Origin: an uncultured Elusimicrobia bacterium | GTDB lineage: Bacteria > Elusimicrobiota > Elusimicrobia > 2-01-FULL-59-12 | Direction of reading: 5' to 3' | Length of the DNA stretch: 64,000 bases | NCBI GenBank assembly: GCA_963702895.1 | Contig: OY969767.1 | Span: 2,660,540-2,724,539, forward strand | Shown here: one piece after another, positions 1 through 9,755 of the stretch | How positions within the stretch are numbered: the stretch's first letter is position 1 | Layout: the number at the start of each line of letters is the position of its first letter | Made by a program: the position numbers and the translations under genes | Notes under the pieces: model-generated | The model's input: the letters and a program-made list of their open reading frames with translations, nothing else | The model's database searches: none | What the model was told of the DNA's origin: nothing

Positions 1-300
1 GGAGATGAGAATGCCGGCATCGCGGCGCCTGAAAGTGAAGCGAACGGCGAAAGCCGCCAGGAGATTGATGACCCATAGGAAGCCAATCGTGAGACCACCC
101 GGAAAGACGGGCAGTTTTATCCCGCCCCATGTCGCGTAAACCCACCATCCATTAAAGAAGGCTTTCTGTGCGGCGAAAGCGCCCATATTCACCTGCGCGA
201 GCGTCCCGAAGATCACGAGCAGCATCGCCAATCCCAGACACACGAGCGTGACCTGGACCGAGGCGAGCCTTTCGAGCCAGCGCAGATCTTTAGTTTTCAT
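1..300 (-). CDS. ResB/CcsB-like cytochrome c biogenesis membrane protein (5' part; runs off the window edge)
   Basis: Not in the ORF track. Hand translation from ATG at 300 gives MKTKDLRWLERLASVQVTLVCLGLAMLLVIFGTLAQVNMGAFAAQKAFF...PGGLTIGFLWVINLLAA...GILIS, with the LAS...GT(L)xQ and NL motifs typical of ResB N-termini. Adjacent to multiheme genes. Confidence 0.7.
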   Translation of the reverse strand, partial: MKTKDLRWLERLASVQVTLVCLGLAMLLVIFGTLAQVNMGAFAAQKAFFNGWWVYATWGGIKLPVFPGGLTIGFLWVINLLAAFAVRFTFRRRDAGILIS

Positions 301-880
301 GGAACGTTAAGCTCTCGAGGAACTGCAGGAAAGCGGGTTTGGCCGACCCCACCGCGGCCTCATCGCCTGTCATCTTGAAAAACCAGCTGCGGTTTTCCTG
401 GTGATAGATCGCTGCCACAAGGCGCTTGTTCTCATTTGCAAAGTCGGTCAGCAGCATCTTGCGCCCGGCCGGAGCGATGGATTCGCTTTCTTTCCCCAGA
501 TCGCTCTCCGGGATGGGCCCCAGGCCGATCTGTCCTCGCCAACGATTGATATTGGCAAGGTCTCCACCGGCGTCGCCTGAGAGCGGGACCACCGAGACGT
601 CTGCCTGCTGGCCGTTGGGCCCCTTGATCAGGAAACTCCCGACGCGCATGGAGGACGGCGTTTGTTCCTCCCAGCCAGACGGTACTTTCCATGCGATGTT
701 TTTCTCACCCCTCGGTGAAGCGTGAGGGGAGGCTTGTCCCATCGCCATCGAGGGCAGGGTGTCCGCCAGCGTTGCTTTAGGAATCCGATAGGTCTCGATT
801 TTTTGTCGCTGGCAGGCGCCGCTCACGAGGGACACCATCGCTAAAAGGCAAAGTGCAGATCGCTTCATAGGAGCTTGCAT
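290..880 (-). CDS. Conserved hypothetical lipoprotein upstream of the cytochrome c biogenesis gene
   Basis: Lipobox-like VSGAC; WxxPxGW...MR...GGDLANINRWRGQIGL motif; overlaps the start of the ResB-like gene. Confidence 0.7.
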   Translation of the reverse strand: MQAPMKRSALCLLAMVSLVSGACQRQKIETYRIPKATLADTLPSMAMGQASPHASPRGEKNIAWKVPSGWEEQTPSSMRVGSFLIKGPNGQQADVSVVPLSGDAGGDLANINRWRGQIGLGPIPESDLGKESESIAPAGRKMLLTDFANENKRLVAAIYHQENRSWFFKMTGDEAAVGSAKPAFLQFLESLTFHEN

Positions 881-1015
881 TGAAACAAGTTTGGACCACC
901 CCTCGCAAATTCGGAAATCAATTCTTGCTCAAGAATTTTGGACTATGACAACCGTCATACAGAAGGAGTTCAATGAGTTGAAAAATAGAAAAAATCACTT
1001 TATGGGGGAGCGCGC

Positions 1016-2053
1016 ATGAAGACCATTCCATTGCGAAAAAGCAGAGTCCGAACAGTATCAATTTTCTTGCCTGCGATCTTAGGGGCAGCCATCGCCATTT
1101 CCGGCAGACTCTATGCTGAAGATCCGGCCGCGCCGCCAGCCGTGCCAGAGGCACCAGCAGCTCCTGCAGAGCCAACAGCCGCGCCAGCCGCGACTCCCCC
1201 CGCCGCGAGCGCTTCTGCCGACAAAGTGGACTATGTTGGCGCAGAGACTTGCCTCAGTTGCCATTCGGGCCAAGGGGACTTTAAGGATTCTGTCCACGGA
1301 CGTTCGCTCGTGCAAGGCAAGGGCATTGCCTATGAGAAGACATGCGAAACCTGCCATGGCCCCGGTTCCCTCCATGCCGCGGCGGCAGGCGACAAAGCGA
1401 ATCCTGGCTACGGGACCGTCAGAACTTTCAAGAATATATCGGCGCGGGCGCTCAACGATACCTGCCTGGAATGCCATCAGGATCAGAAGCGAAATAATTG
1501 GGTAGGGAGTCCGCATGAAAAAAGAGATGTCTCTTGCTTGACCTGTCATAGTATCCATGAGCCCAAGAGTAAGAAGCTCCTTCTGGTGAAACCAAATATT
1601 GAACAAGTGTGTGCCGAGTGCCACCGGTCCCAAGTTTCGAAAGTTCGACGCTCCCAGCACATGCCTGTGATCGAAGGCAAGATGTCCTGCTCGAGCTGCC
1701 ATAACCCCCATGGCACCGCCACTCCCAAGATGCTGACCTCTCGTACAGGCAACGAGAACTGTTACGCCTGCCATGCGGATAAGCGCGGGCCTTTCTTATG
1801 GGAACACCTGCCTGTACGCGAGAATTGCTTGAACTGCCATGACGCTCATGGATCGCATCACCCCAACATGCTCCAGGCCAAGCAGCCGTTCCTCTGTCAA
1901 CGGTGTCATGTCCAGGCACAGCACCGGTCGACGGCATACGACCAATCCAGCATCAAAAATCTTGACAATAAGGTCATGCTCCATTCCTGTGCGAATTGTC
2001 ACACGAATATCCATGGGTCGAACCATCCATCCGGCAAGTTCTTCACCCGTTAA
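1016..2053 (+). CDS. mtrA: Decaheme c-type cytochrome, DmsE/MtrA/PioA/MtoA family
   Basis: Signal peptide and Pro/Ala linker. Ten CxxCH motifs (CLSCH, CETCH, CLECH, CLTCH, CAECH, CSSCH, CYACH, CLNCH, CQRCH, CANCH). KRGPFLWEH and IHGSNHPSG family signatures. Confidence 0.95.
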   Translation: MKTIPLRKSRVRTVSIFLPAILGAAIAISGRLYAEDPAAPPAVPEAPAAPAEPTAAPAATPPAASASADKVDYVGAETCLSCHSGQGDFKDSVHGRSLVQGKGIAYEKTCETCHGPGSLHAAAAGDKANPGYGTVRTFKNISARALNDTCLECHQDQKRNNWVGSPHEKRDVSCLTCHSIHEPKSKKLLLVKPNIEQVCAECHRSQVSKVRRSQHMPVIEGKMSCSSCHNPHGTATPKMLTSRTGNENCYACHADKRGPFLWEHLPVRENCLNCHDAHGSHHPNMLQAKQPFLCQRCHVQAQHRSTAYDQSSIKNLDNKVMLHSCANCHTNIHGSNHPSGKFFTR

Positions 2054-2126
2054 GCGAGGAGATCCGGAGAGGCGCTGTATCAAACTGACGATCTAGAGAA
2101 GAAAGAGAACTGAGGAGGAGGCACCT

Positions 2127-4346
2127 ATGAGCAGGGCAATGGTGATAAGGACTATTCTCTCGGCGGCCATGGCTTTTCTTGTGTCTGCCTGGAGCGTAGC
2201 AGAGACCAAGGTCTCGCAAGAACTCGATTTTGGCTATCAAAAGGTTTATCAGAGTACGAACGAGTCGTACTTTGAGAAATACGGGGAAGTTCCCGATGGC
2301 GCCGTCCTAAACGCCATGCGGTTTGACGTGACCACGGACAGCACCACCGTCAGCTTTGAAGGCCAAAACGTTCTTCAAAACAACCAGTCCTATGATTTGA
2401 ACTACAACTACAATTACAAATACAAGGTGGACGCTTCCTGGGATGAGATGCCCCATGTGTATTCCAACACAGGCAGAACGCTTTATACTGAGACCAGCCC
2501 GGGCGTCTACGAATTGCCAGACTCCATTCAGACCGCATTAACAGGCTTGGGCACCGGCACATCGGTTGCCAACGCCACAACTTTCAATAACGCATTGAGG
2601 GGCTATTATTCAGCGGCCCATCCGGTCGACCTTTCCGTTCAGCACCGAGAAGGGGCCGTCAATACGCAATACGCCCTTTCGGAACGGATGAAAGTGGATC
2701 TCGATTTTTCTGAAAAGCGAGCAGAAGGTTACAAGCCCCTTGGAACGCCCTTCGGTCGGAATTATGCGGTCGAATTGCCTCAGCCCGTGGATTACAAGAC
2801 CTATAACATGCGGGCCGGCACACAGTATAACAACAAGGATGTTCAGGTCGGCTTAAGCTATGCTCTCTCCAGCTTTGAGAACGAAGTGGATGCGCTGACC
2901 TGGGACAGCGCCAAACGTTTGACCGATGCTGTAGGAACAGACAGCGCTGGAGCCGGCGCCAGCCGCGGCCGGATGAGCTTGGCTCCGGACAACATGTCGC
3001 ATCAATTCGCGCTCACGTCGGGCTTTAATCTCCCCGCCCGCACCCGATTCACCGCCGAAGGCTCTATGAATTACATGCGGCAAAATCAGGATCTACTCCC
3101 CTTTACCATTAATTCCGCGCTTACGACCGCTGCTCTAGAAGAGTCAAAAGCCAACACGGAGATGGTGACCTACACGCAGGACTACAACCTGAGCAATGCG
3201 ATCTGGAAGCCCTTGACTTTAGCGTTACGCTATCACTCGGAACAGTTGGTCAACCATCAAAGCGAGGTCGAGTTCGATGGTGCTTCTTGGACCGACAATC
3301 TGTGGGATGCTACTCCGGAAGATACGACCCGTTTCCAATATAACAAGCAATCCTTGGAGGGAAGCGCCGACTGGACTGTGGCCAAGGCCCTGTCCGTTGG
3401 TTTGAAATATGGGACGGAATGGGACCATCGCACGCATCGCGAGGTTCGGGACACCTCCGAAAACAAACTCACGGCGTCCATGGACCTACGGCCGTCGAAC
3501 TGGATGCTCTTAAGAGGCATGTATATCCATGCGCTGCGCCATATGGATGATTTCGATTACAACAACCTCATACCGTTCGAACCGCCGGGCTTGCGCCGTT
3601 ACGATGTCTCGGACCGGAACAGGAACCAGGGCAATGTCCTCTTCCAAGTGACGCCCGGTCCGATCAGCTTGGCATTGAATGGTGCCTTGACCCACGATCA
3701 ATATCAACCAGGGAAGGGCGACTTGGCAGGCGGAGACACAACCAACAATCAAACCCAGTGGTACGGATTGGTGGAGGACAGGGTGGCCAGCGCCGGAGCG
3801 GACCTGGACTGGGATATCTCCTCCTGGTTGGGGGCCTCGCTTTATTATCAATACCATCAGGACCAGGGAGTCCAGCGGTCCAACCGGAGCACGAGCCCCA
3901 TCAATCAGGACGCGCCCAATGACTGGGAAATACGCCTGCTGGACCGGTACAATGTGGTCGGTGTGACAACAGACCTGCAGGTCATCCCCAACCGCCTGGA
4001 TGTTCGCCTGGGGTATGAGCTTCTGGATGAGCATGGGACCTACAACTACGTTTATCTCGGGTCAGCGAACTCGACCAAAGTTTCTCCCACCGAAAGCAAA
4101 ACCCAAAAGCAAGATGCTACGATACGCATGAACCTAAAGCTCACGAAGAGCACCACCTTGGCCTTAGGGTATCTCTACGAGCAGTATCAGACATCGGATT
4201 GGCAGTATCAGAATATTCCGCTTGTGAGCGGGGAGGAAGCTGGACAGACCAACATCTTCCTGGGGACCAATCGGCAGAACTATTACGCACATGTGGGGAG
4301 CATCCTCATAAAATACAAGTGGGGCGGCGCGCCTGGAGCATCTTAA
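2127..4346 (+). CDS. mtrB: MtrB/PioB family decaheme-associated outer-membrane beta-barrel porin
   Basis: 739 aa with signal peptide; LPQPVDY, LAPDN and LRRYDVSDR motifs; directly downstream of the decaheme gene; GAGGAGG RBS. Confidence 0.92.
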   Translation: MSRAMVIRTILSAAMAFLVSAWSVAETKVSQELDFGYQKVYQSTNESYFEKYGEVPDGAVLNAMRFDVTTDSTTVSFEGQNVLQNNQSYDLNYNYNYKYKVDASWDEMPHVYSNTGRTLYTETSPGVYELPDSIQTALTGLGTGTSVANATTFNNALRGYYSAAHPVDLSVQHREGAVNTQYALSERMKVDLDFSEKRAEGYKPLGTPFGRNYAVELPQPVDYKTYNMRAGTQYNNKDVQVGLSYALSSFENEVDALTWDSAKRLTDAVGTDSAGAGASRGRMSLAPDNMSHQFALTSGFNLPARTRFTAEGSMNYMRQNQDLLPFTINSALTTAALEESKANTEMVTYTQDYNLSNAIWKPLTLALRYHSEQLVNHQSEVEFDGASWTDNLWDATPEDTTRFQYNKQSLEGSADWTVAKALSVGLKYGTEWDHRTHREVRDTSENKLTASMDLRPSNWMLLRGMYIHALRHMDDFDYNNLIPFEPPGLRRYDVSDRNRNQGNVLFQVTPGPISLALNGALTHDQYQPGKGDLAGGDTTNNQTQWYGLVEDRVASAGADLDWDISSWLGASLYYQYHQDQGVQRSNRSTSPINQDAPNDWEIRLLDRYNVVGVTTDLQVIPNRLDVRLGYELLDEHGTYNYVYLGSANSTKVSPTESKTQKQDATIRMNLKLTKSTTLALGYLYEQYQTSDWQYQNIPLVSGEEAGQTNIFLGTNRQNYYAHVGSILIKYKWGGAPGAS

Positions 4347-4372
4347 GGCCCGTTTCACAGAAGGAACAAACG

Positions 4373-4717
4373 ATGAAAGCTCTTAAGAAATCAGTGATTC
4401 TGGCAGGTGTGGCACTGGGTGTGGCGAATTTTGGGCTCGCGGCGGAAGCGGATGTCGCCAAAACCTACGCGGCCAAATGCGCTTCTTGTCATGGCAAGGA
4501 CCTCAAGGGCAATCCCGCGATGGCCAAAGCGTTCAAATTGGAGCCCGCGCGCCTCAGCTTGGTGAGCAAACAGACCCTGAACAAGACAGACGAAGAACTG
4601 AACGCTATTACCGCGAAAGGCGAAGGGAAGATGCCGGCCTACGCAGGAAAGCTTAAGGCCGAGGACATCGCGGCTTTGACGGCCTACATCCGCAAGGTCG
4701 GCGCCGAGAAGAAGTAG
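4373..4717 (+). CDS. Periplasmic monoheme class I cytochrome c
   Basis: Start reassigned to ATG 4373 (AAGGA RBS). Signal peptide, single CASCH, distal GKMPAY suggesting a Met axial ligand. Confidence 0.9.
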   Translation: MKALKKSVILAGVALGVANFGLAAEADVAKTYAAKCASCHGKDLKGNPAMAKAFKLEPARLSLVSKQTLNKTDEELNAITAKGEGKMPAYAGKLKAEDIAALTAYIRKVGAEKK

Positions 4718-4758
4718 TTTTCTCTGAAAGATGTTGTTCGCCGCATGATCAGCGGCTT

Positions 4759-4799
4759 CTGCCCCTAACGTATTCTTATCGTTTGGGGCAGGTTTTTTT
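4759..4799 (+). terminator. Intrinsic terminator after the monoheme cytochrome gene
   Basis: CTGCCCCTAACG-loop-CGTTTGGGGCAG stem (one mismatch) followed by GTTTTTTT. Confidence 0.65.
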
Positions 4800-4844
4800 G
4801 GGGACGCTTGAGGACTATTCTGAGCAGGAGAAGCTCTTATTCTG

Positions 4845-6743
4845 ATGAGGTTGCTATCCCATTCCCAGCGTTCTCCGGTTCTCCCCACGATGATAAGACC
4901 GCTCCCGTTTCTCATATGGATCGGCCTTGCAGCGAGTGCGGCCTTTCCGGCCTGGGCTCTCGACAACAGCGATTGTTTCGCCTGTCATGGCCAGCAGGGG
5001 GCCACGCCGCATGACGTGGATGAAGCGGCCTTTAAGAAATCTATTCATGGGAAGAACCTCTGCGTTTCCTGCCACGCCGATGTCACGGAACTGCCGCATG
5101 CGGAGAAGTTGGCCTCCGTGGCCTGCAACCGCTGCCACCGGGTGGAAACGCAGATTTATGTAAATTCAGACCACGGGCGCGCTGTGGCGCGGGGCAGGAG
5201 CGAAGCGGCCACCTGCAAAGATTGCCACGGCCACAGCCATACGCTCCTGAACTCCCGGGACCCGAGCTCTCCCGTGAACCGCCGCAACATCCCGCAAACC
5301 TGCGCGCACTGCCATGACAACAAAGAGATTATGGGCAAGGCCAAGCTGACCGAGCGGGACCCCTTCCAATCCTACAGCCATACTGTCCACGGGGAGGCCT
5401 TCGCCAAAGGCCAATTGAATGCCGCCGTATGCAGCGATTGTCATGGGACCCATGATCTGCATGGGGGTTTCAACCCGGCGAGCCGCATCTCCAAGCAAAA
5501 CATCCCGGAGACCTGCGGGAAGTGTCATCAGAACGTGGCTGCGGTCTACCGCGTGAGCATTCACGGGCAAGCCAACAAGGCTGGCATTAAGGAAGCCCCG
5601 GTCTGCACCGATTGCCATGGAGAACACACCATCCAATCGCCTCGCGACCCCGCTTCAACCGTTTGGGCGGGGGCCGTCACCAAGACCTGTACCGGGTGCC
5701 ACGCTTCGGAGCGGATCGCGATGAAGTTTGGGATGCCCGTTGACCGAATAAAAACCTATATGGACACCTACCATGGGCTAGCGTCTCAGCGGGGCGATGT
5801 TCGCGTCGCCAATTGCGCCTCCTGTCATGGCTACCATGATGTCCTTCCTTCCAATGATGTCAGGTCGTCCATTTACCCCACAAACCTCGCCAACACCTGC
5901 GGACGCTGCCACCCTGGCGCCGCCGAAGTCCTGTCCCGGGGCTATATCCATAGTCCTCCGAGCGCGCGGCATTGGGTCATTGCCCTGGCTCGCCGGTTTT
6001 ATTTGATCCTCATACCGCTCGTTCTGGGATTCATGCTATTGCATAATCTCCTCGATTTCTTGCGCAAATTGATCACACCCGCCCCTCCCTTGGAGATCAG
6101 GGAAGATGAACCCATACGGCTAACCGTCAATGAGCGCTGGCAGCACGTGGTCTTAATACTGACGTTCACGGTGTTGGCTTATTCGGGGTTTGCGCTCAAA
6201 TTCCATGACGCGACGTGGGCCCAGGTCCTGGCGCCGTTCGGCGAGAACATCCGGCGGGCGCTGCACCGCTGGACAGCGCTCATTTTCTGCCTACTGGGTG
6301 TGTACCACATGATCTATATGGTGGGGACACGGCGGGGACGGATGCTGCTCCGGGCATTCTTGCCGAGCCTTGCGGACCTTCGGGCGATGCGCGAGCAAGG
6401 AGCGTACAGTCTTGGTCTCCGGAAGGACCCTCCCCCTGCTCATGGCTTCTACCACTATGGCGAGAAGATGGAATATTGGTCGCTCCTCTGGGGGTCTCTT
6501 GTGATGGTCGTGACGGGGTGTCTGCTCGTCTTCAACAATTTTGCCCTGAAACATTTCCCCCTGTGGATCTCGGAACTCGCGACGCTCGTCCACTATCTTG
6601 AAGCGATCCTGGCGTGTCTGGCGATCCTCATCTGGCACGGCTACGCGGTGGTCTTTGATCCGCGCGTCTACCCGATGAATTGGGCATGGCTCACGGGCTT
6701 TATTCGTCGGAAGAAGTCGGATCACACGACTGGAAAGAAATAA
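4845..6743 (+). CDS. Multiheme cytochrome c fused to a cytochrome b (FdnI-like) membrane domain, CbcL-like quinone-interacting protein
   Basis: Eleven CxxCH motifs, then TM helices with ERWQH, LHRWTA, YHMIY, GEKMEYW, LVHYLEAILA, IWH and YPMN motifs. Alternative start at 4890. Confidence 0.88.
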   Translation: MRLLSHSQRSPVLPTMIRPLPFLIWIGLAASAAFPAWALDNSDCFACHGQQGATPHDVDEAAFKKSIHGKNLCVSCHADVTELPHAEKLASVACNRCHRVETQIYVNSDHGRAVARGRSEAATCKDCHGHSHTLLNSRDPSSPVNRRNIPQTCAHCHDNKEIMGKAKLTERDPFQSYSHTVHGEAFAKGQLNAAVCSDCHGTHDLHGGFNPASRISKQNIPETCGKCHQNVAAVYRVSIHGQANKAGIKEAPVCTDCHGEHTIQSPRDPASTVWAGAVTKTCTGCHASERIAMKFGMPVDRIKTYMDTYHGLASQRGDVRVANCASCHGYHDVLPSNDVRSSIYPTNLANTCGRCHPGAAEVLSRGYIHSPPSARHWVIALARRFYLILIPLVLGFMLLHNLLDFLRKLITPAPPLEIREDEPIRLTVNERWQHVVLILTFTVLAYSGFALKFHDATWAQVLAPFGENIRRALHRWTALIFCLLGVYHMIYMVGTRRGRMLLRAFLPSLADLRAMREQGAYSLGLRKDPPPAHGFYHYGEKMEYWSLLWGSLVMVVTGCLLVFNNFALKHFPLWISELATLVHYLEAILACLAILIWHGYAVVFDPRVYPMNWAWLTGFIRRKKSDHTTGKK

Positions 6744-6885
6744 GAAACCCTCAACGTATCCCGCAATGCCTGATTTCATCTCATACGAAACAGCTTTGAA
6801 AATCAAAATTCCTCCGCTTTTTGTAAAAATAACCATGGACGTAAGCACTAAAATGAGGCAATCTAAAAGGTAAGGAGGTAGTCCA

Positions 6886-7299
6886 ATGGCGATCGATCCT
6901 AATGAAATCAACAGTATTGAAGATTCAATGGTGCATGATATTGATGAGGAACCGCATCCTGAAGGCTGGGGTATTTATGTGACACTGCGCTTTCTCTCCA
7001 AAGTGATTCTGGCGGTCTATGGATTGATGCTGCTGGGGATGCTTTCCCTGCATATCATTTTGCGGTATACCGCCATTTCACTGATTCCAACCGTCATGAG
7101 GCCGGAGTCGACGCTCATCGTCTTGCCCATCGCGCTGGTCGCTGCCTATCTTTACCTGACCTCCGTGCCTGAGCCGGAGATCTCCAAAAAGCGGACGCCC
7201 CTGGGGAAATGCGTGACCTTTATCATTGTTTTTCTGGGGATGCAGGCGGCCTCGATCCTCACCTGGATCGGCCTTGCCAAGGCTTTCAGTCTGCGCTAG
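6886..7299 (+). CDS. Hypothetical membrane protein (about 3 TM helices)
   Basis: Strong RBS TAAGGAGGT; hydrophobic segments. Confidence 0.7.
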   Translation: MAIDPNEINSIEDSMVHDIDEEPHPEGWGIYVTLRFLSKVILAVYGLMLLGMLSLHIILRYTAISLIPTVMRPESTLIVLPIALVAAYLYLTSVPEPEISKKRTPLGKCVTFIIVFLGMQAASILTWIGLAKAFSLR

Positions 7300-7741
7300 G
7301 CGTGCTTATGCCGTTGGGCTTTTCGCCACCGGTGTTTGGGTAGGACATCCGACAAAATACAGTAGATACAACTCCCACAGGCAAAATGGCAGGGTCCTGC
7401 GAAAGGATCTCTCAAAAATTCGCGGAGTGGCCGTAAAACATGCAAAGGGATAAAGGGAGAACCTGTTGCCCTCGCATTCACACGAGAAGGTGTTGCGTCG
7501 GTTGACTTCGAGATCACGTTGTTGCCAGCCATCATCATTTTCGTTCCTGCCATGATCTTACCAAAGCACAACCCCCGCTGTCATATTTTGAGCGAAGTCC
7601 TTCGCGCTCAGGCAGAGGCCACTCTGGTCCCTCTTAGCTTCGCCATTGCCAGTACATGGTTCGCCATCTCTTCTAACGACAGGCGACTTGTATTCCAGAC
7701 GGCATGGTAGAGGAGTGGATCGCGACGGGATGCCGGTGCAT

Positions 7742-8197
7742 TTAAACGTCAAGAACGACCGTAGCGCACCATAGAGGTTGCCGGCTGGCGCGCCGCCCGG
7801 AGGGGGGGCGCGCCACGCGAAAAAGGTGCCAGGTCACCGCTTTGATGTCAGCGCGCTGCTCATGTCGGGAGGGATCCAGCGGTTCACCTGCGAGCATGGT
7901 CCGAAGTTGGATGGCCCCCGTTTTCGCTTTAATCTCAAGGGTTTTCGGCAAGAGCAGGAGTTGTTGGGCGTCCTTCCAATAGACCAGTTCCTGAAGGAAC
8001 CTGTGCAGGAGGGTTTCGATGTCCTTTTCTTCCAGCTCCAAGAGGATCTTTTGGCGTGGGCGGACCTTCTCCATGTTCTCGATTTGAACGGCCATGAGCG
8101 CCCTTGCGGCCTCACGAAAAAGCTTCGGGAGGGTGGTTCCTTTCGCCTCAAAGGCGATATCGGCAATCGCGACATCAGGGAGAAATCGGTAGGTCAT
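7742..8197 (-). CDS. Archease
   Basis: YRFL..ADIAFEAKG, DIKAVTWH and C-terminal VLDV; downstream of rtcB. Confidence 0.92.
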   Translation of the reverse strand: MTYRFLPDVAIADIAFEAKGTTLPKLFREAARALMAVQIENMEKVRPRQKILLELEEKDIETLLHRFLQELVYWKDAQQLLLLPKTLEIKAKTGAIQLRTMLAGEPLDPSRHEQRADIKAVTWHLFRVARPPSGRRASRQPLWCATVVLDV

Positions 8198-8198
8198 G

Positions 8199-8263
8199 CT
8201 TTCGACTCCAGTCGCCTCTGGCGAGCTCCGCTCACCATGACCCTGAGCATCGTTGAACGGGTC
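8199..8263. repeat. REP-like palindromic element (TTCGAC..GCTCA / ACCCTGAGC..TTGAA type)
   Basis: Two inverted short hairpin units filling the rtcB-archease gap. Confidence 0.45.
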
Positions 8264-9716
8264 ATCCTTTGATGTTCCCTATCGGAACAAGCCTGGCGAC
8301 GCGGCGTGAGAGGCCGGCTTGTTCGGCCGAGAGCGCGACCTCGTCCACATTTTTATAGGCTTCCCCTGCCTCCTCCGCCAGGCCGGCGAAGGACGCGCTC
8401 CGTACATAAATGCCGCGCTCGCGCATCTTGTCTTGAAGTTGCCGGCCTTGGAACATTTTCTTCGCTTGCGTCCGGCTCATCGTACGGCCAGCCCCATGAG
8501 CGGTGCTGTAGAAAGCTTCTGAGGCGCTGGCCGACCCCACCAGAAGATACGAGCCTGTTTCCATACTGCCGCCGATGATCACCGGTTGTCCCAAAGGCTG
8601 ATAGTACGGAGGAAGCTCCGCAAAGCCGGGTCCGTACGACCGTGTCGCTCCCTTGCGGTGCACCAAGAGCTTCTTCCGTTTGCCGCCCACCACCTGCTCC
8701 TCAAATTTGGCCGTGTTGTGAGCGATGTCATAAACCTGATGGATGCCCAGCTCTTCTGCCGTTTTGCCGAAGACGGAGCGAAAGACCTCCCTGATGCGGT
8801 GCAGGATGAGCTGCCGGTTGGCAAAGGACATGTTGATCGCGCAACGCATCGCCGCATAATAAGCCCGGCCTTCGGGACTTGCGATCGGAGCGCAGGCGAG
8901 CTCCCGGTCCGGTGTCGTGATACCGTAGCGCGGCCCCATGACCTTCAGGAACTGGTCGAGAGAGTCGCTGGCCACCTGATGGCCGAATCCACGACTGCCG
9001 CAGTGGAACATGATGACCACCTGGTCGGGGAATAGGCCAAAAGCTTTCGCCAAGGCCCTGTCGTATATATTCTGTTCGCGCACCACCTGGATTTCCAGAT
9101 AGTGGTTCCCGGAGCCTAAAGTCCCCACCTGATGGATCCCGCGCTCGATGGCACGCTGGGAGACGGCAGAAGGATCAGCGCCATCGGCGCACCCCCCCTC
9201 TTCCGTGCGTTCCAGATCTTCCTGCCACCCGTACCCCTTTCGAACGCACCAGCGCGAGCCTTCGACTAAAATTTGTCGGAATTCCTTCTCATCGAGCCGC
9301 AGAAACCCCCGGGCGCCCACGCCGGTCGGTACGCGATGAAAAAGCGCGTTGGTCAGATCCTCGATGTACGGCTGGACCTGAGGATAGCTCATCTGGGTTC
9401 TCACCAGGCGCATGCCGCAGTTGATATCGAAGCCAATCCCGCCGGGTGAGATCACGCCATCCTCAACCCGCATGGCGGCCACTCCACCGATGGGGAAGCC
9501 ATAGCCCCAATGCCCGTCGGGCATGCAACAAGCGTAGCCTTCGATACCCGGAAGACAAGCGACGTTCGTGACCTGCTCAAAAACGCCCTGGTCCATCTCT
9601 TCCAGGATTTTGCGGGAAGCGAAGATCCGCGCGGGCACAAGCATTCCCGGTTTGTGGGTGACCGGGATCTCCCAGATGCCATCCTTGACCGGCACGATCG
9701 ATGAAAGTTGAGCCAT
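8262..9716 (-). CDS. rtcB: RNA ligase RtcB
   Basis: MPDGHWGYGFPIGG, GFDINCG, GTLGSGNHYLE, HCGSRG, HRKGAT, STAHGAGR, EEAGEAYK motifs. Confidence 0.96.
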   Translation of the reverse strand: MAQLSSIVPVKDGIWEIPVTHKPGMLVPARIFASRKILEEMDQGVFEQVTNVACLPGIEGYACCMPDGHWGYGFPIGGVAAMRVEDGVISPGGIGFDINCGMRLVRTQMSYPQVQPYIEDLTNALFHRVPTGVGARGFLRLDEKEFRQILVEGSRWCVRKGYGWQEDLERTEEGGCADGADPSAVSQRAIERGIHQVGTLGSGNHYLEIQVVREQNIYDRALAKAFGLFPDQVVIMFHCGSRGFGHQVASDSLDQFLKVMGPRYGITTPDRELACAPIASPEGRAYYAAMRCAINMSFANRQLILHRIREVFRSVFGKTAEELGIHQVYDIAHNTAKFEEQVVGGKRKKLLVHRKGATRSYGPGFAELPPYYQPLGQPVIIGGSMETGSYLLVGSASASEAFYSTAHGAGRTMSRTQAKKMFQGRQLQDKMRERGIYVRSASFAGLAEEAGEAYKNVDEVALSAEQAGLSRRVARLVPIGNIKG

Positions 9717-9755
9717 GGGTTAGAAAGTAACTTAAACGGCTAGAGAAAGGGTGGG

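Noticed and set aside
7296..7571. 91-aa ORF with CxxxCxxCxxC-like cysteines
   Set aside because: No RBS or recognisable family; the cysteine spacing does not match a ferredoxin convincingly.
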